From: a virus
Reading direction: 5' to 3' (one strand)
Length of the DNA: 64,000 nt
IMG/VR virus record: IMGVR_UViG_3300015171_000001
Location: 32,001 to 96,000 of that record
This document shows positions 48,020 through 57,444 of the stretch, piece by piece. The translations under genes and the position numbers were made by a program. The notes under the pieces were generated by a model. That model was not told the origin of the DNA and did not search any database. It saw only the letters and a program-made list of their open reading frames with translations. Within the stretch, counting starts at the first letter, position 1. Every line of letters begins with the position of its first letter.

Positions 48020-49645
48020 ATGAGTATTAAGTCCTTATTAACAAACTCTAATTCTGCTCAAGATCGCTTGACTACAGAAACAAGAGCGTTACAATCAAAA
48101 TGGGCAAAGACTGGATTATTAGAAGGTTTATCAGAAATTGATAGATCTAATATGTCCGTGATCCTTGAAAATCAAGCTAAACAATTATTAGACGAAGCAA
48201 CCAGAACTGGTACTTCTGCAAATTCTGAACAATGGGCTGGCGTTGCTCTTCCATTAGTAAGACGTTTGTTCTCAGAAATCGCTTCTAAAGAATTCGTTTC
48301 AGTACAACCAATGAACCTTCCTTCGGGATTGGTATTCTATTTGGATTTCAAATATGGTACAAATCAAGCTGGTAATCCTGCTTTCTTGGGACAAAGCTTA
48401 TTCGGTGGAACAGGTATTAAACTTGGATCTACAGATTCAGCAGTAAATGGTCTTTATGGAACAGCACGTTATGGTTATTCAATGAATGATTATGTGAGTG
48501 CATCATTGTCATTAACAAGTGGTTCAGTATCATTTGATGATGTCGATTATAACTCTGCTTATAGTGCTTCAGCCATTGCTGGTCAATTAAGTAAAGTAAC
48601 TGTTGCTATCGGTGGAGACGCTGATCTTAATGGTGTTAGAGCATTTACTGTGTCTGGATCTGGTTTCTCAACCTATCTTCCACAATTCACAAAGGCTTCT
48701 AACGGTTTCGTAACATTCATTGTGTCAGGTTCTCCTTCCACAACCGCTACTGTTACTTATCAAGTTCAACCTGCTGACTTGTCAAGAGGTGACTTCGAAG
48801 ATAAAGCAACTGCTGCTGGTCCTGTTGGAAACAACTCTGGTGTTTATGCTGATATCGGCATTCCTGAAATTAACTTAGAAGTTAAGAGTGAAGCAATTGT
48901 TGCTAGGACACGTAAATTAAAAGCTGTTTGGACACCTGAACTTGCTCAAGATTTAAATGCTTATCACAGTATTGATGCTGAAGCTGAATTAACTGCTCTT
49001 CTTTCTGAGTATGTTGCTATGGAAGTTGACTTGGAAATTATTGACATGTTAGTTACTGCTGCTCCTGGACAAAACACAGAAGCTTGGAGTGCTATTATTG
49101 GTAATGAAATCATAAAGCAAGGCTACAATACAGATGGTAGTGCTACTTTCCAATATCAAGCTAACACAGCCACAAATCGTACTGCTTATGTAAAGTCCAC
49201 TTGGTATCAAACACTTGGTAACAAGATTCAAAAGGTATCTAACAATATTCACAAATTGACATTAAGAGGTGGTGCTAACTTCATCGTTTGTTCACCAGAT
49301 GTTGCTACTATTATCGAAAGTATTCCTGGATTCGTTCCTGATACTGATGGTGATAAGAGTAAATTTGCTATGGGCGTTGCTAAAGTTGGTGGTCTTTCAA
49401 ATCGTTGGACTATCTACAAGAATCCTTACATGACCGAGAACACCATGTTACTAGGATTCAGAGGAAACAACTTCTTTGAGTGTGGTGCTGTTTATAGCCC
49501 ATATATTCCATTGATTCAAACTCCATTAGTGTATGATCCTGTGAACTTTACACCTCGTAGAGGCGTGATGACTCGTTATGCAAAAAAGATGCTTAGACCG
49601 GAGTTCTTCGGCAAAATCTATGTAGGAGATTTAAATTATATCTAA
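48020..49645 (+). CDS. gp23: major capsid protein (gp23-like)
   Basis: VSVQPMNLPSGLVFYL, RTRKLKAVWTPELAQDLNAYHSIDAEAEL, YSPYIPL, PRRGVMTRYA. Confidence 0.97.
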   Translation: MSIKSLLTNSNSAQDRLTTETRALQSKWAKTGLLEGLSEIDRSNMSVILENQAKQLLDEATRTGTSANSEQWAGVALPLVRRLFSEIASKEFVSVQPMNLPSGLVFYLDFKYGTNQAGNPAFLGQSLFGGTGIKLGSTDSAVNGLYGTARYGYSMNDYVSASLSLTSGSVSFDDVDYNSAYSASAIAGQLSKVTVAIGGDADLNGVRAFTVSGSGFSTYLPQFTKASNGFVTFIVSGSPSTTATVTYQVQPADLSRGDFEDKATAAGPVGNNSGVYADIGIPEINLEVKSEAIVARTRKLKAVWTPELAQDLNAYHSIDAEAELTALLSEYVAMEVDLEIIDMLVTAAPGQNTEAWSAIIGNEIIKQGYNTDGSATFQYQANTATNRTAYVKSTWYQTLGNKIQKVSNNIHKLTLRGGANFIVCSPDVATIIESIPGFVPDTDGDKSKFAMGVAKVGGLSNRWTIYKNPYMTENTMLLGFRGNNFFECGAVYSPYIPLIQTPLVYDPVNFTPRRGVMTRYAKKMLRPEFFGKIYVGDLNYI

Positions 49646-49676
49646 TTGATTATCAATTACTTATAAACTGTTTTAT

Positions 49677-49709
49677 AAAAAAGAGCGATAGAAATATCGC
49701 TCTTTTTTT
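49677..49709 (+). terminator. intrinsic terminator after capsid gene
   Basis: AAAAAAGAGCGATA-GAAA-TATCGCTCTTTTTTT. Confidence 0.9.
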
Positions 49710-49738
49710 ATTTTTAACCACTTTCTAGGAATTTGTTA

Positions 49739-49767
49739 TTGACAAATTTTTTATATATTGATATAAT
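49739..49767 (+). promoter_or_regulatory. consensus sigma70 promoter
   Basis: TTGACA, 17 nt, TG-n-TATAAT; ATG at 49773. Confidence 0.85.
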
Positions 49768-49772
49768 AATAT

Positions 49773-51773
49773 ATGATTAAAAATAATAATGAAATTGTTA
49801 TATCAGAAGAAGAATCTAAAATTTGTTTAATTGATAATAAAAAATTTGATTCTAGTAGAAAAATGATATGGTATGTTAGAAAAACATATAATTTATCCTT
49901 CGAAGATTATATTATTAAATATTATTATAATAATAACATTCCTACTTGTTTAAAAACAGGAAAACTTTTAACATTTAAAGCACATAAAACCGGTCCGTGG
50001 TTTTCTAATTATTCAAAAAACAATTTTCCAAGAAAAGAACATACTTTAGAAAGCAAAGAAAAAATAAAAAATTCTCTTAAGAAGAATACAATGATAAAAT
50101 ACGGAGTTGAGAATATTTTTCAATTGGATTGGTGTAAAGAAAAAATTAAAAATACTAATTTACAAAAATATAATGTAGACAATCCTGCGAAAAATAAAGA
50201 AATTTATGATAAAGTAAAAAATACTAATTTAGAAAAATATGGAGTAGATAATCCTAGAAAAAACAAAGAAATTAACAAAAAAATAGAAGATACAAATTTA
50301 AAAAAGTATGGGAAGCCTACAGTGTGGGGGACAGATCATTTTATTAAAGTTTTTAAAAAGAATTTTTTAAAAAAATATGGGGTAGATAATCCTATGCATG
50401 TTAAAGAATTTAGAGATAAATGTGCTGAAAAAATTAAAAAATACATGCTAGAAAATTTCTTAAAAAATAGAAATAATAGATCAAATACTAAACCAGAAAA
50501 ACAATTCATAGAATTTTTGAAACAAATTAATGAACCATATGTGCATCAATTTAAAACAAAGCATGGCATTATAGACTTTTACCTGCCTTCAAAAAAATTA
50601 TTTATAGAAATTGATGGAGATTATTGGCACAGAGAAATAAAAGAAAATTTGAATTATACTCAATTGTATAACTCCATTAGAGATTTTAATAAAAATAAAA
50701 ATATTAAAAAGCTAATAAGAATAAAAGCCTCTGCCGTTAAAAATTTAAAAACGATGGATGACATTTATAATAATCAATATTATCAACAAACTTCTTTAAA
50801 TTTTGATCAAAAGATATTAAATAAAGATTATAATATATGGAGCATTATAAATAAAGGAAAAGAAAAAGTTGAAAAAAGACTATATACATTAGTAAAATTT
50901 ATAAAATTATTTAGTCCGAACTTTCCAAAATATGTTTCTTTGGAAACCGATATTTTAAAAATATCTGAATATATTAAAAAATATATAATAGATGAAAATA
51001 ATATAGATTACTTTCATTGGAAAATACCTTCTATCGGGAATGGTTATTTAAAAAACATATTTGATTCATATTGGAAATCGTCATATAATAAGAGTATTTC
51101 GCCAAAAGATTTGTGGGAAAATGAAAAAATATTATATTCTATTATAAAATATAGAATAGGGTGTAATAATAGTGGAGAAGTATTTGATTTTTCTTTAAAA
51201 GAAATTCTTAAAGGAATGTCTGCACAAAGATATACAATATCTTTTTTTAAACCTTGTTTGGCTGCTCTTATTTATAAAAAATATTTGGGAAACAAAATAA
51301 CTCCTATAGTCTTAGATCCTTGTTGTGGATTTGGTGGAAGACTCCTTGGGTTTAAAAGTGTTTATTCTAATGGAATATATATTGGCTGCGAACCAAATAC
51401 AGAAACATATAATGAATTAATTATTCTTAGAAATAATATGGGATATGATGAGAGTACTGTAAAATTATTTAATTGTAAATTTGAAGACTTTCAATATCCA
51501 TTAGATAATATTGATTTTACATTTACAAGTATTCCATATTATGATTTAGAAATATATTCGGAAAAAATAGAATATTTGGATTTTAATGAATGGAAAAATA
51601 CTTTTATATATTCTATAGAAAATAAAACAAAAAATTGCTATATAAACGCACCTATAGATATTTGCGAAAAATTGGGATGGACAAATTGTGTGTCAAAAAT
51701 ATTTATAAATTCTTCTCATTTTTCTAAAGACAAAGAAAACAAAAAATTTGAAAACATTGTTAAATTAAATTAA
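49773..51773 (+). CDS. KYGV-repeat Vsr/DUF559-like PD-(D/E)XK endonuclease fused to an amino-DNA-methyltransferase-like domain
   Basis: Repeats TNLxKYGVDNP; DFYLP..IEIDGDYWH; VLDPCCGFGGRLLG (motif I); FTSIPYYDLE (motif IV-like). Confidence 0.75.
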   Translation: MIKNNNEIVISEEESKICLIDNKKFDSSRKMIWYVRKTYNLSFEDYIIKYYYNNNIPTCLKTGKLLTFKAHKTGPWFSNYSKNNFPRKEHTLESKEKIKNSLKKNTMIKYGVENIFQLDWCKEKIKNTNLQKYNVDNPAKNKEIYDKVKNTNLEKYGVDNPRKNKEINKKIEDTNLKKYGKPTVWGTDHFIKVFKKNFLKKYGVDNPMHVKEFRDKCAEKIKKYMLENFLKNRNNRSNTKPEKQFIEFLKQINEPYVHQFKTKHGIIDFYLPSKKLFIEIDGDYWHREIKENLNYTQLYNSIRDFNKNKNIKKLIRIKASAVKNLKTMDDIYNNQYYQQTSLNFDQKILNKDYNIWSIINKGKEKVEKRLYTLVKFIKLFSPNFPKYVSLETDILKISEYIKKYIIDENNIDYFHWKIPSIGNGYLKNIFDSYWKSSYNKSISPKDLWENEKILYSIIKYRIGCNNSGEVFDFSLKEILKGMSAQRYTISFFKPCLAALIYKKYLGNKITPIVLDPCCGFGGRLLGFKSVYSNGIYIGCEPNTETYNELIILRNNMGYDESTVKLFNCKFEDFQYPLDNIDFTFTSIPYYDLEIYSEKIEYLDFNEWKNTFIYSIENKTKNCYINAPIDICEKLGWTNCVSKIFINSSHFSKDKENKKFENIVKLN

Positions 51774-52058
51774 TGCATTTAATTTAACAATTCCTTCTTC
51801 ATCAACATACTCCAAAACCTTTCCACTAGTAGAATTATAAATATTCAATAACACGACAGATTCCCTAGATTTTTTAGAATGTATTCCTTTATTAGATTCT
51901 GGGATATATATTTTCCTATGACAATTTGGGCATAACCAGATTCTATTCCAATCATCATTTTGTCCTTTTAACTCTCTAGGAACAATATGATGATAATCAA
52001 TTTTAGTTCTATCGTTGGTCGTGTAAGAACATTTAGGAAATTGACATTTATAACGCAT
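51765..52058 (-). CDS. small HNH endonuclease
   Basis: CQFPKC..HHIVPR..N..LCPNCH. Confidence 0.85.
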   Translation of the reverse strand: MRYKCQFPKCSYTTNDRTKIDYHHIVPRELKGQNDDWNRIWLCPNCHRKIYIPESNKGIHSKKSRESVVLLNIYNSTSGKVLEYVDEEGIVKLNALI

Positions 52059-52078
52059 TTGATTATATATATTAAATT

Positions 52079-52816
52079 ATGGTTGAAAAATGTGATTTAG
52101 TAAAGGTTCTCAGTGAAAGTGATTTATCCGAAGCGGATATTGATAAAATAAATTCTTATATTAATAGTTTACCCGCCTTCCAAAAAGAAGAAAAGATTCA
52201 TAGAGAAAGTAGTTATACATCAAAAGATCCTGAAGTAACTGTTATTTCAAAAAATTTAGAAGAATCTATAAAAATAATAAAAGGGTTTAAAAATGATTTA
52301 TGTAGACCACTTGACAATTATCAACAAAAGTATTCTAAAGAAATTGACGAAGGAGATAATAAAATTGCTTTATTATTAGAAGAAGGTAAGAAAGAAGGAT
52401 ATGATGTCAATAATCCAAAAATAAGAGAACAATTATTAGAACAAGCTTTTACTGGAAAAGAATTGTTTGTTCCTACTTCAGAAACACCCATTCTAAATTT
52501 TCTATATTTTTCAATGAAGGAAACGGAAAATATTGATAGTGGTTATAGATTATTAAATGAAAGAAAAAAGAATGAAGACGATGAACATGCTATAAAGTTC
52601 TATAATAAGGATGATAAGCATGGAGAAGAATCTTTGCCAGACATGACAAAGATGGCATTTAAAACTGTTGATGTAGAAACATTTAAGAAAATTTCAAAAT
52701 TAAAATCATTAGCTACTAGTTTAAATACCCACGAAGCAGAAGCGTCTTTGAAAAAATGTAAAATATTGTGTGAAAAATATTATTTAGATTTTGATAAAAT
52801 TCCCGCGATTAAATGA
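52079..52816 (+). CDS. hypothetical protein with C-terminal DUF2786-like helix pair
   Basis: KISKLKSLATSLNTHEAEASLKKCKILCEKY. Confidence 0.6.
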   Translation: MVEKCDLVKVLSESDLSEADIDKINSYINSLPAFQKEEKIHRESSYTSKDPEVTVISKNLEESIKIIKGFKNDLCRPLDNYQQKYSKEIDEGDNKIALLLEEGKKEGYDVNNPKIREQLLEQAFTGKELFVPTSETPILNFLYFSMKETENIDSGYRLLNERKKNEDDEHAIKFYNKDDKHGEESLPDMTKMAFKTVDVETFKKISKLKSLATSLNTHEAEASLKKCKILCEKYYLDFDKIPAIK

Positions 52817-53076
52817 ATATAAAGAGAAATATAGATTCTTTAGAGTTCTTTTGTAAGACAATTAAATGGCTTAGAGAAAACTACGAAAATTCTATAGAAG
52901 AAGCAGATTGCAAAAACATATGGTTATATTCAAATAGATTAGAGAATGAGTTAATATTTTCCCAAGAAATTTGTATGAATATAATCAATGATTTCTTTTT
53001 TGATAAACTCCCGGCGGATTTTCAAGAAGAAATATGGGAGTTTCATGTAGAAATATACAATGAATTAGATTACTAG
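52813..53076 (+). CDS. hypothetical acidic protein
   Basis: 87 aa, start overlaps the upstream stop. Confidence 0.6.
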   Translation: MNIKRNIDSLEFFCKTIKWLRENYENSIEEADCKNIWLYSNRLENELIFSQEICMNIINDFFFDKLPADFQEEIWEFHVEIYNELDY

Positions 53077-53093
53077 TTCATATTTATTTTATT

Positions 53094-53381
53094 ATGGATA
53101 AAAAAGTATTAAATGAAAGAATGTTAGGTTTGGCAGGAGTAGTCCCTATGAGTTCTATGGGATTTCTTAGAACCCGTGATTTACCATCTTGTGATTTAAC
53201 TGGAATTTATAAAAAAGAAACACTTTATGAAGTAACAAAGGTTGGTCAAAAAGTAATTTCTCCTATTGGGAAATTATATGAAGTTGCTAATATTTTTGAA
53301 GGATTTATATCTTTAGAAACAAATACTTACGAAAAATTACATCAACAAAATCCATTACCTAAAGGTTGGAAATTAGAATAA
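53094..53381 (+). CDS. hypothetical protein with scaffold-like RMxxLAG motif
   Basis: LNERMLGLAGV; preceded by TATTTATT. Confidence 0.65.
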   Translation: MDKKVLNERMLGLAGVVPMSSMGFLRTRDLPSCDLTGIYKKETLYEVTKVGQKVISPIGKLYEVANIFEGFISLETNTYEKLHQQNPLPKGWKLE

Positions 53382-53385
53382 AATT

Positions 53386-53967
53386 ATGAAAAAAGAAGAC
53401 TTAAAAAAACAAATTAAATCAATTATAAAAGAGCATTTTTCCATTGGAGGAGGTGTTATTTGTTTAAAACCAATTGGAACAGGAGGAAATCCATTTCCAA
53501 CAAGTAGATTGCCTGTATTAAAAAGAGATTTTGCAACTACAGAATTTTTGAAAAGTGGTCTTACTAAAGATTCGGTATGTGAATCAAACATTAAAAATGT
53601 AAAATTATTAGAAGCTATTTCAAAGATTGCAAAAACAGTTTCCAAGAAAGAATTAGTTAAAGAAGATATTGAAGAGATTGCATATAAAATTATCAAGTCT
53701 TATAAGAATGAAAATTATGCCAGTATTATTTCCGAATTAAAAAGAGAAATAGTTAAAAATGGATATAAAATTCTTAATGAAGGAAATCCGAAATCAGAAA
53801 AATTAATTAAAGAGGATGTTCTTCCTACAAATTCAACTACAGATATTAAAAATGTGAAAGACATTTTTTCGGCAGTTAAAAACAATCCAACAGAATGGTT
53901 AGATAATCAATCACAGGATATTAAAGATTCATTTGAAAGACTATATAATGTAAGTATTTCGCAATAA
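53386..53967 (+). CDS. hypothetical protein with IKxIIKE N-terminal motif
   Basis: MKKEDLKKQIKSIIKE. Confidence 0.7.
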   Translation: MKKEDLKKQIKSIIKEHFSIGGGVICLKPIGTGGNPFPTSRLPVLKRDFATTEFLKSGLTKDSVCESNIKNVKLLEAISKIAKTVSKKELVKEDIEEIAYKIIKSYKNENYASIISELKREIVKNGYKILNEGNPKSEKLIKEDVLPTNSTTDIKNVKDIFSAVKNNPTEWLDNQSQDIKDSFERLYNVSISQ

Positions 53968-53972
53968 TAGAT

Positions 53973-54302
53973 ATGTTAAAATCAGAACTTATTACTTTAA
54001 TTAAAGAATGTATTTCTGAATCATATAATTTAAATTCATATGGAACACAGGTTATTGAGAATTCTGATATTGATAAAAAATTAAAAAAATTGGGATTTAA
54101 ATGGCATGAAGGAAGTCATGAATATATTTTGGATGTAAATAAGAATTTGAGATATACCTTTGAATTTTTTCAAGAAGAAACCAGTGCTTATAGAATTTCC
54201 CGCTTAACAAAAAATTCAGATTATAAGTATAATGTTCTAGTTCCTGACTCCGAAAGTTTTGAGAATTATGACGATGCTTTAAATTGGATGTCAAAGAAAT
54301 AA
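53973..54302 (+). CDS. hypothetical protein with LxxLIxEC N-terminal motif
   Basis: MLKSELITLIKECISE. Confidence 0.7.
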   Translation: MLKSELITLIKECISESYNLNSYGTQVIENSDIDKKLKKLGFKWHEGSHEYILDVNKNLRYTFEFFQEETSAYRISRLTKNSDYKYNVLVPDSESFENYDDALNWMSKK

Positions 54303-54306
54303 AATT

Positions 54307-55608
54307 ATGCCACAAGATCCAACACCATATCCAGCAGACTTAAGGGTAAGATGGCCAGGAAGTGGCTCAAATCCTTCAGGATCGACTCCATTTGGATTTT
54401 ATGATGCTGATACTCAATTCCAATATTTAGCACCAAGGGCGGCATCCTGGGCAGCAAAAATGTTAGGTTATCCAATCATTGATGTTGAAATGTTAGATGT
54501 TAATTTCTATGCTTGTTTAGAAGGAGCTATTAATGAATATGGAAATCAAGTAAATCAATTTAATATTATTAATAATATTTCATTGTTACAAGGACTTCCC
54601 ACTACCACAACAGTTTCTGGTCAAAATATTCAAGGGATGGGATTGTCTCAACAAATACAATTAGCACAAGGTTATGGAACTGAGGCTGGTGTTGGTGGAT
54701 ATGTTAGTTGGAAAACTGGAAGTATTAGATTATATCATGGAATACAACAATATGATTTACAATCTTTATGGGGGGATGTAATAGAAAGTGGAAGTAGAAT
54801 AGAAATTAAAAGAATTTTCCATTATGCTCCACCAGCTTCTGCTAGAATTTATGATCCATTTTCTATGACCGGAATGAGTTATAGTAATATTATGAATGAG
54901 ATGGGATTTGCTGGATTCTCGCCAGCCACTCAATTCTTAATGACTCCAATATTCGAGGATTTATTAAGAATACAAGCTATTGAATTTAATGATACTGTTA
55001 GAAAAAGTGCATATTCTTTTGAATTAGTAAATAATAAAGTTAGAATATTTCCCATTCCTACATTTGGAGATGGTGCTGCTTATTGTCATCCGTCAAGTGG
55101 AAGTTGTGATGGTGGTTATGGCGAGTTTGGAGATGGATTTGATGATTTTGCTGATTATAATGATTGGTATTATGGAAAAAGACTTCATTTTGAATATATT
55201 GTTGTAAATGATAGAAATCTCGCTGATGCAAATTTATTTCCATCACAACAATCTAGTGGAAGTGTAATATCCGATTATAGTAATGTCCCATATCAAATAA
55301 TTCCTTTCTCAAATATAAATTCTCCCGGTCAACAATGGATTTACAAATATTTCTTAGCAAACTGCAAAGAAGTTTTGGGAGCCATAAGACAAAAATATCA
55401 AACTATTCCTGTTCCTGGCGCAGAAGTTACTTTAGATGGTGCAGAATTAAGACAAGAAGCATCTGCGGAAAAAGCAGAATTAATTACACAATTAAGAGAA
55501 AATTTAGAGGCCACTACTAGAAAAAGTCAATTATCCACACAATCTGAAGAAGCTGATCAATTACAAAATGTTCTAAAAAAGATTCCAACATTAATATATG
55601 TAGGTTAG
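54307..55608 (+). CDS. neck/head-tail adaptor protein (gp13-like)
   Basis: LGYPIIDVE; WIYKYFLANCKEVLG.IR.KY..PG..VTLDG.EL..EA; ends IYVG. Confidence 0.85.
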   Translation: MPQDPTPYPADLRVRWPGSGSNPSGSTPFGFYDADTQFQYLAPRAASWAAKMLGYPIIDVEMLDVNFYACLEGAINEYGNQVNQFNIINNISLLQGLPTTTTVSGQNIQGMGLSQQIQLAQGYGTEAGVGGYVSWKTGSIRLYHGIQQYDLQSLWGDVIESGSRIEIKRIFHYAPPASARIYDPFSMTGMSYSNIMNEMGFAGFSPATQFLMTPIFEDLLRIQAIEFNDTVRKSAYSFELVNNKVRIFPIPTFGDGAAYCHPSSGSCDGGYGEFGDGFDDFADYNDWYYGKRLHFEYIVVNDRNLADANLFPSQQSSGSVISDYSNVPYQIIPFSNINSPGQQWIYKYFLANCKEVLGAIRQKYQTIPVPGAEVTLDGAELRQEASAEKAELITQLRENLEATTRKSQLSTQSEEADQLQNVLKKIPTLIYVG

Positions 55609-55641
55609 GTAGGAACTTTTTAATTCTTATATTTATATAAT

Positions 55642-56121
55642 ATGGAAGAATTATTAGGTAGATATTTTTCAAACAGAGACAGAATGTACATAAATTCATT
55701 AAACTATGAATTATTACAAGATATTATTCAAACTGCTCTAGTTGTATATAAATTATTCCCAGAATATTCTAAAACAAATATGTATGGAGAATCCGAACCA
55801 ACTGAAGGAAAGGTATATTATCCTGGTGTTAAAATTGTTTTATTAATCGAACATCCTGATACAACTACAGAAGATGGTGATGCGGGTCCAGATAGAAAGA
55901 AACAAATGACATTTAAGTTCATGGAGCCATTATGTCAAGCAGTTTCATTATATCCAGAAATTGGAGATATTGTTTATTACGATCATCAATATTTTGAATT
56001 GAATAGTGTGACTCAGGAGCAACATCTTGCTGGAAATCCAGACAAGTCTTTTAGTATTATTACTACTGCACACCAAACAAAATATACAAAATTAAACGTG
56101 CAAGATAGACCAATGCAATAA
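55642..56121 (+). CDS. head closure/neck protein (gp14-like)
   Basis: NMYGES, YPEIGDIVYY..YFE; position after the gp13-like gene. Confidence 0.7.
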   Translation: MEELLGRYFSNRDRMYINSLNYELLQDIIQTALVVYKLFPEYSKTNMYGESEPTEGKVYYPGVKIVLLIEHPDTTTEDGDAGPDRKKQMTFKFMEPLCQAVSLYPEIGDIVYYDHQYFELNSVTQEQHLAGNPDKSFSIITTAHQTKYTKLNVQDRPMQ

Positions 56122-56124
56122 TTT

Positions 56125-57351
56125 ATGAGTTGGCGTCCTAATTTAGATTCAGAATATGTTCCTTCTTTTCCATCAGAAAAAGAACATTCTCCTTCAGCAC
56201 CATTGACTCAGCCAAATGAGGTTCAATATGATAAAAATTTATCTAACAAAGAAGAATTTTATGAGAGAGAACATACAGTAAGAAGAGATACTGATAAGCA
56301 AAAAGATTTTTCTATCTCTATATTAGATATTGATACTACTATTTTGGAACATCTAGAAAGTAGACTAAATATTTCTGTCGATGATTCTGAGCAAAAAATA
56401 AAAGTTCCTATAATTTATGCCTCTCCCGAAAGATGGAAATCAATTAGAAAAGACGGATATATCAGAGATAAATTAGGCCAAATTCAAAGTCCATTAATTA
56501 CATTTAAAAGGACTACTATAGAAAGAAATGATCAATTAATTACTTTTAATAAATTTTTATCATATCCTGTTATAAAAAAGTTTTCTGAAAAAAATAGATA
56601 TGATACATTTTTTGTTGCTAATAACCAACAAATTCCGGTTAAAGAAATTTATAATGTAACAATGGCAGATCATGTTATAGTCACTTATGAATTTATAGCT
56701 TGGACAGACTATGTTATCCATATGAATAAAATTATTGAGATAATAAATTTCGCCACAGAAGATTATTGGGGAGACAAAAAAAGATTTAGATTTAGAACAT
56801 CTATTCAAAATTATTCATTTGAGACTGATTTGGTTAATGATACTGATAGAATTGTAAAATCAACATTTAGTATGATTGTGTATGCATATTTACTCCCAGA
56901 ACAAAGAGAAAATTTAAAATCAACAACACAAAAAGGATTTACAAATAGAAAAATTATTATTAATGCAGAATTAGATTCCAATTGTAATAAACCAAAGCAA
57001 CATAGAATTATAAAAGATGGAATTGAGTTTGTTTCTCCTATAAATGGATATGTGGGAAATATTGTTCCAACTTATGATTTTACTATATCTGATAAAGTTT
57101 TTAATGGGCAATATATTTCCGAAGATTCTAGTACATATACTTTAAAAATACCAGCAGCCACATTAATCAAATTTGAAAATTATTATTTAAACCCGTTTAA
57201 TTTAATTGTGGATGGGAAATTAGTAGAAAAATCATTTATAACCAGTTATGAACAAAGTGGTCAAGATTTTTATATTATAATAAATAAACAGATTTATACT
57301 GAAATTATTAATTCCGAATCAAAAATTGTGATTGCGGGAAAATTTGAGTAA
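56125..57351 (+). CDS. tail terminator/sheath stabiliser (gp15-like)
   Basis: KVPIIYASPERW..PLI..R; position between neck and sheath. Confidence 0.7.
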   Translation: MSWRPNLDSEYVPSFPSEKEHSPSAPLTQPNEVQYDKNLSNKEEFYEREHTVRRDTDKQKDFSISILDIDTTILEHLESRLNISVDDSEQKIKVPIIYASPERWKSIRKDGYIRDKLGQIQSPLITFKRTTIERNDQLITFNKFLSYPVIKKFSEKNRYDTFFVANNQQIPVKEIYNVTMADHVIVTYEFIAWTDYVIHMNKIIEIINFATEDYWGDKKRFRFRTSIQNYSFETDLVNDTDRIVKSTFSMIVYAYLLPEQRENLKSTTQKGFTNRKIIINAELDSNCNKPKQHRIIKDGIEFVSPINGYVGNIVPTYDFTISDKVFNGQYISEDSSTYTLKIPAATLIKFENYYLNPFNLIVDGKLVEKSFITSYEQSGQDFYIIINKQIYTEIINSESKIVIAGKFE

Positions 57352-57444
57352 ATATTTATTAATGTTATTCATTTGAAATCATTAATTAACATTTAATATT
57401 TAATTTTATATTTATAACATACAACTTGAAAAAATTTATATAAT

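Noticed and set aside
33106-49645. Group I/II introns in head genes
   Set aside because: All insertions are in frame with intein termini; no interrupted reading frames
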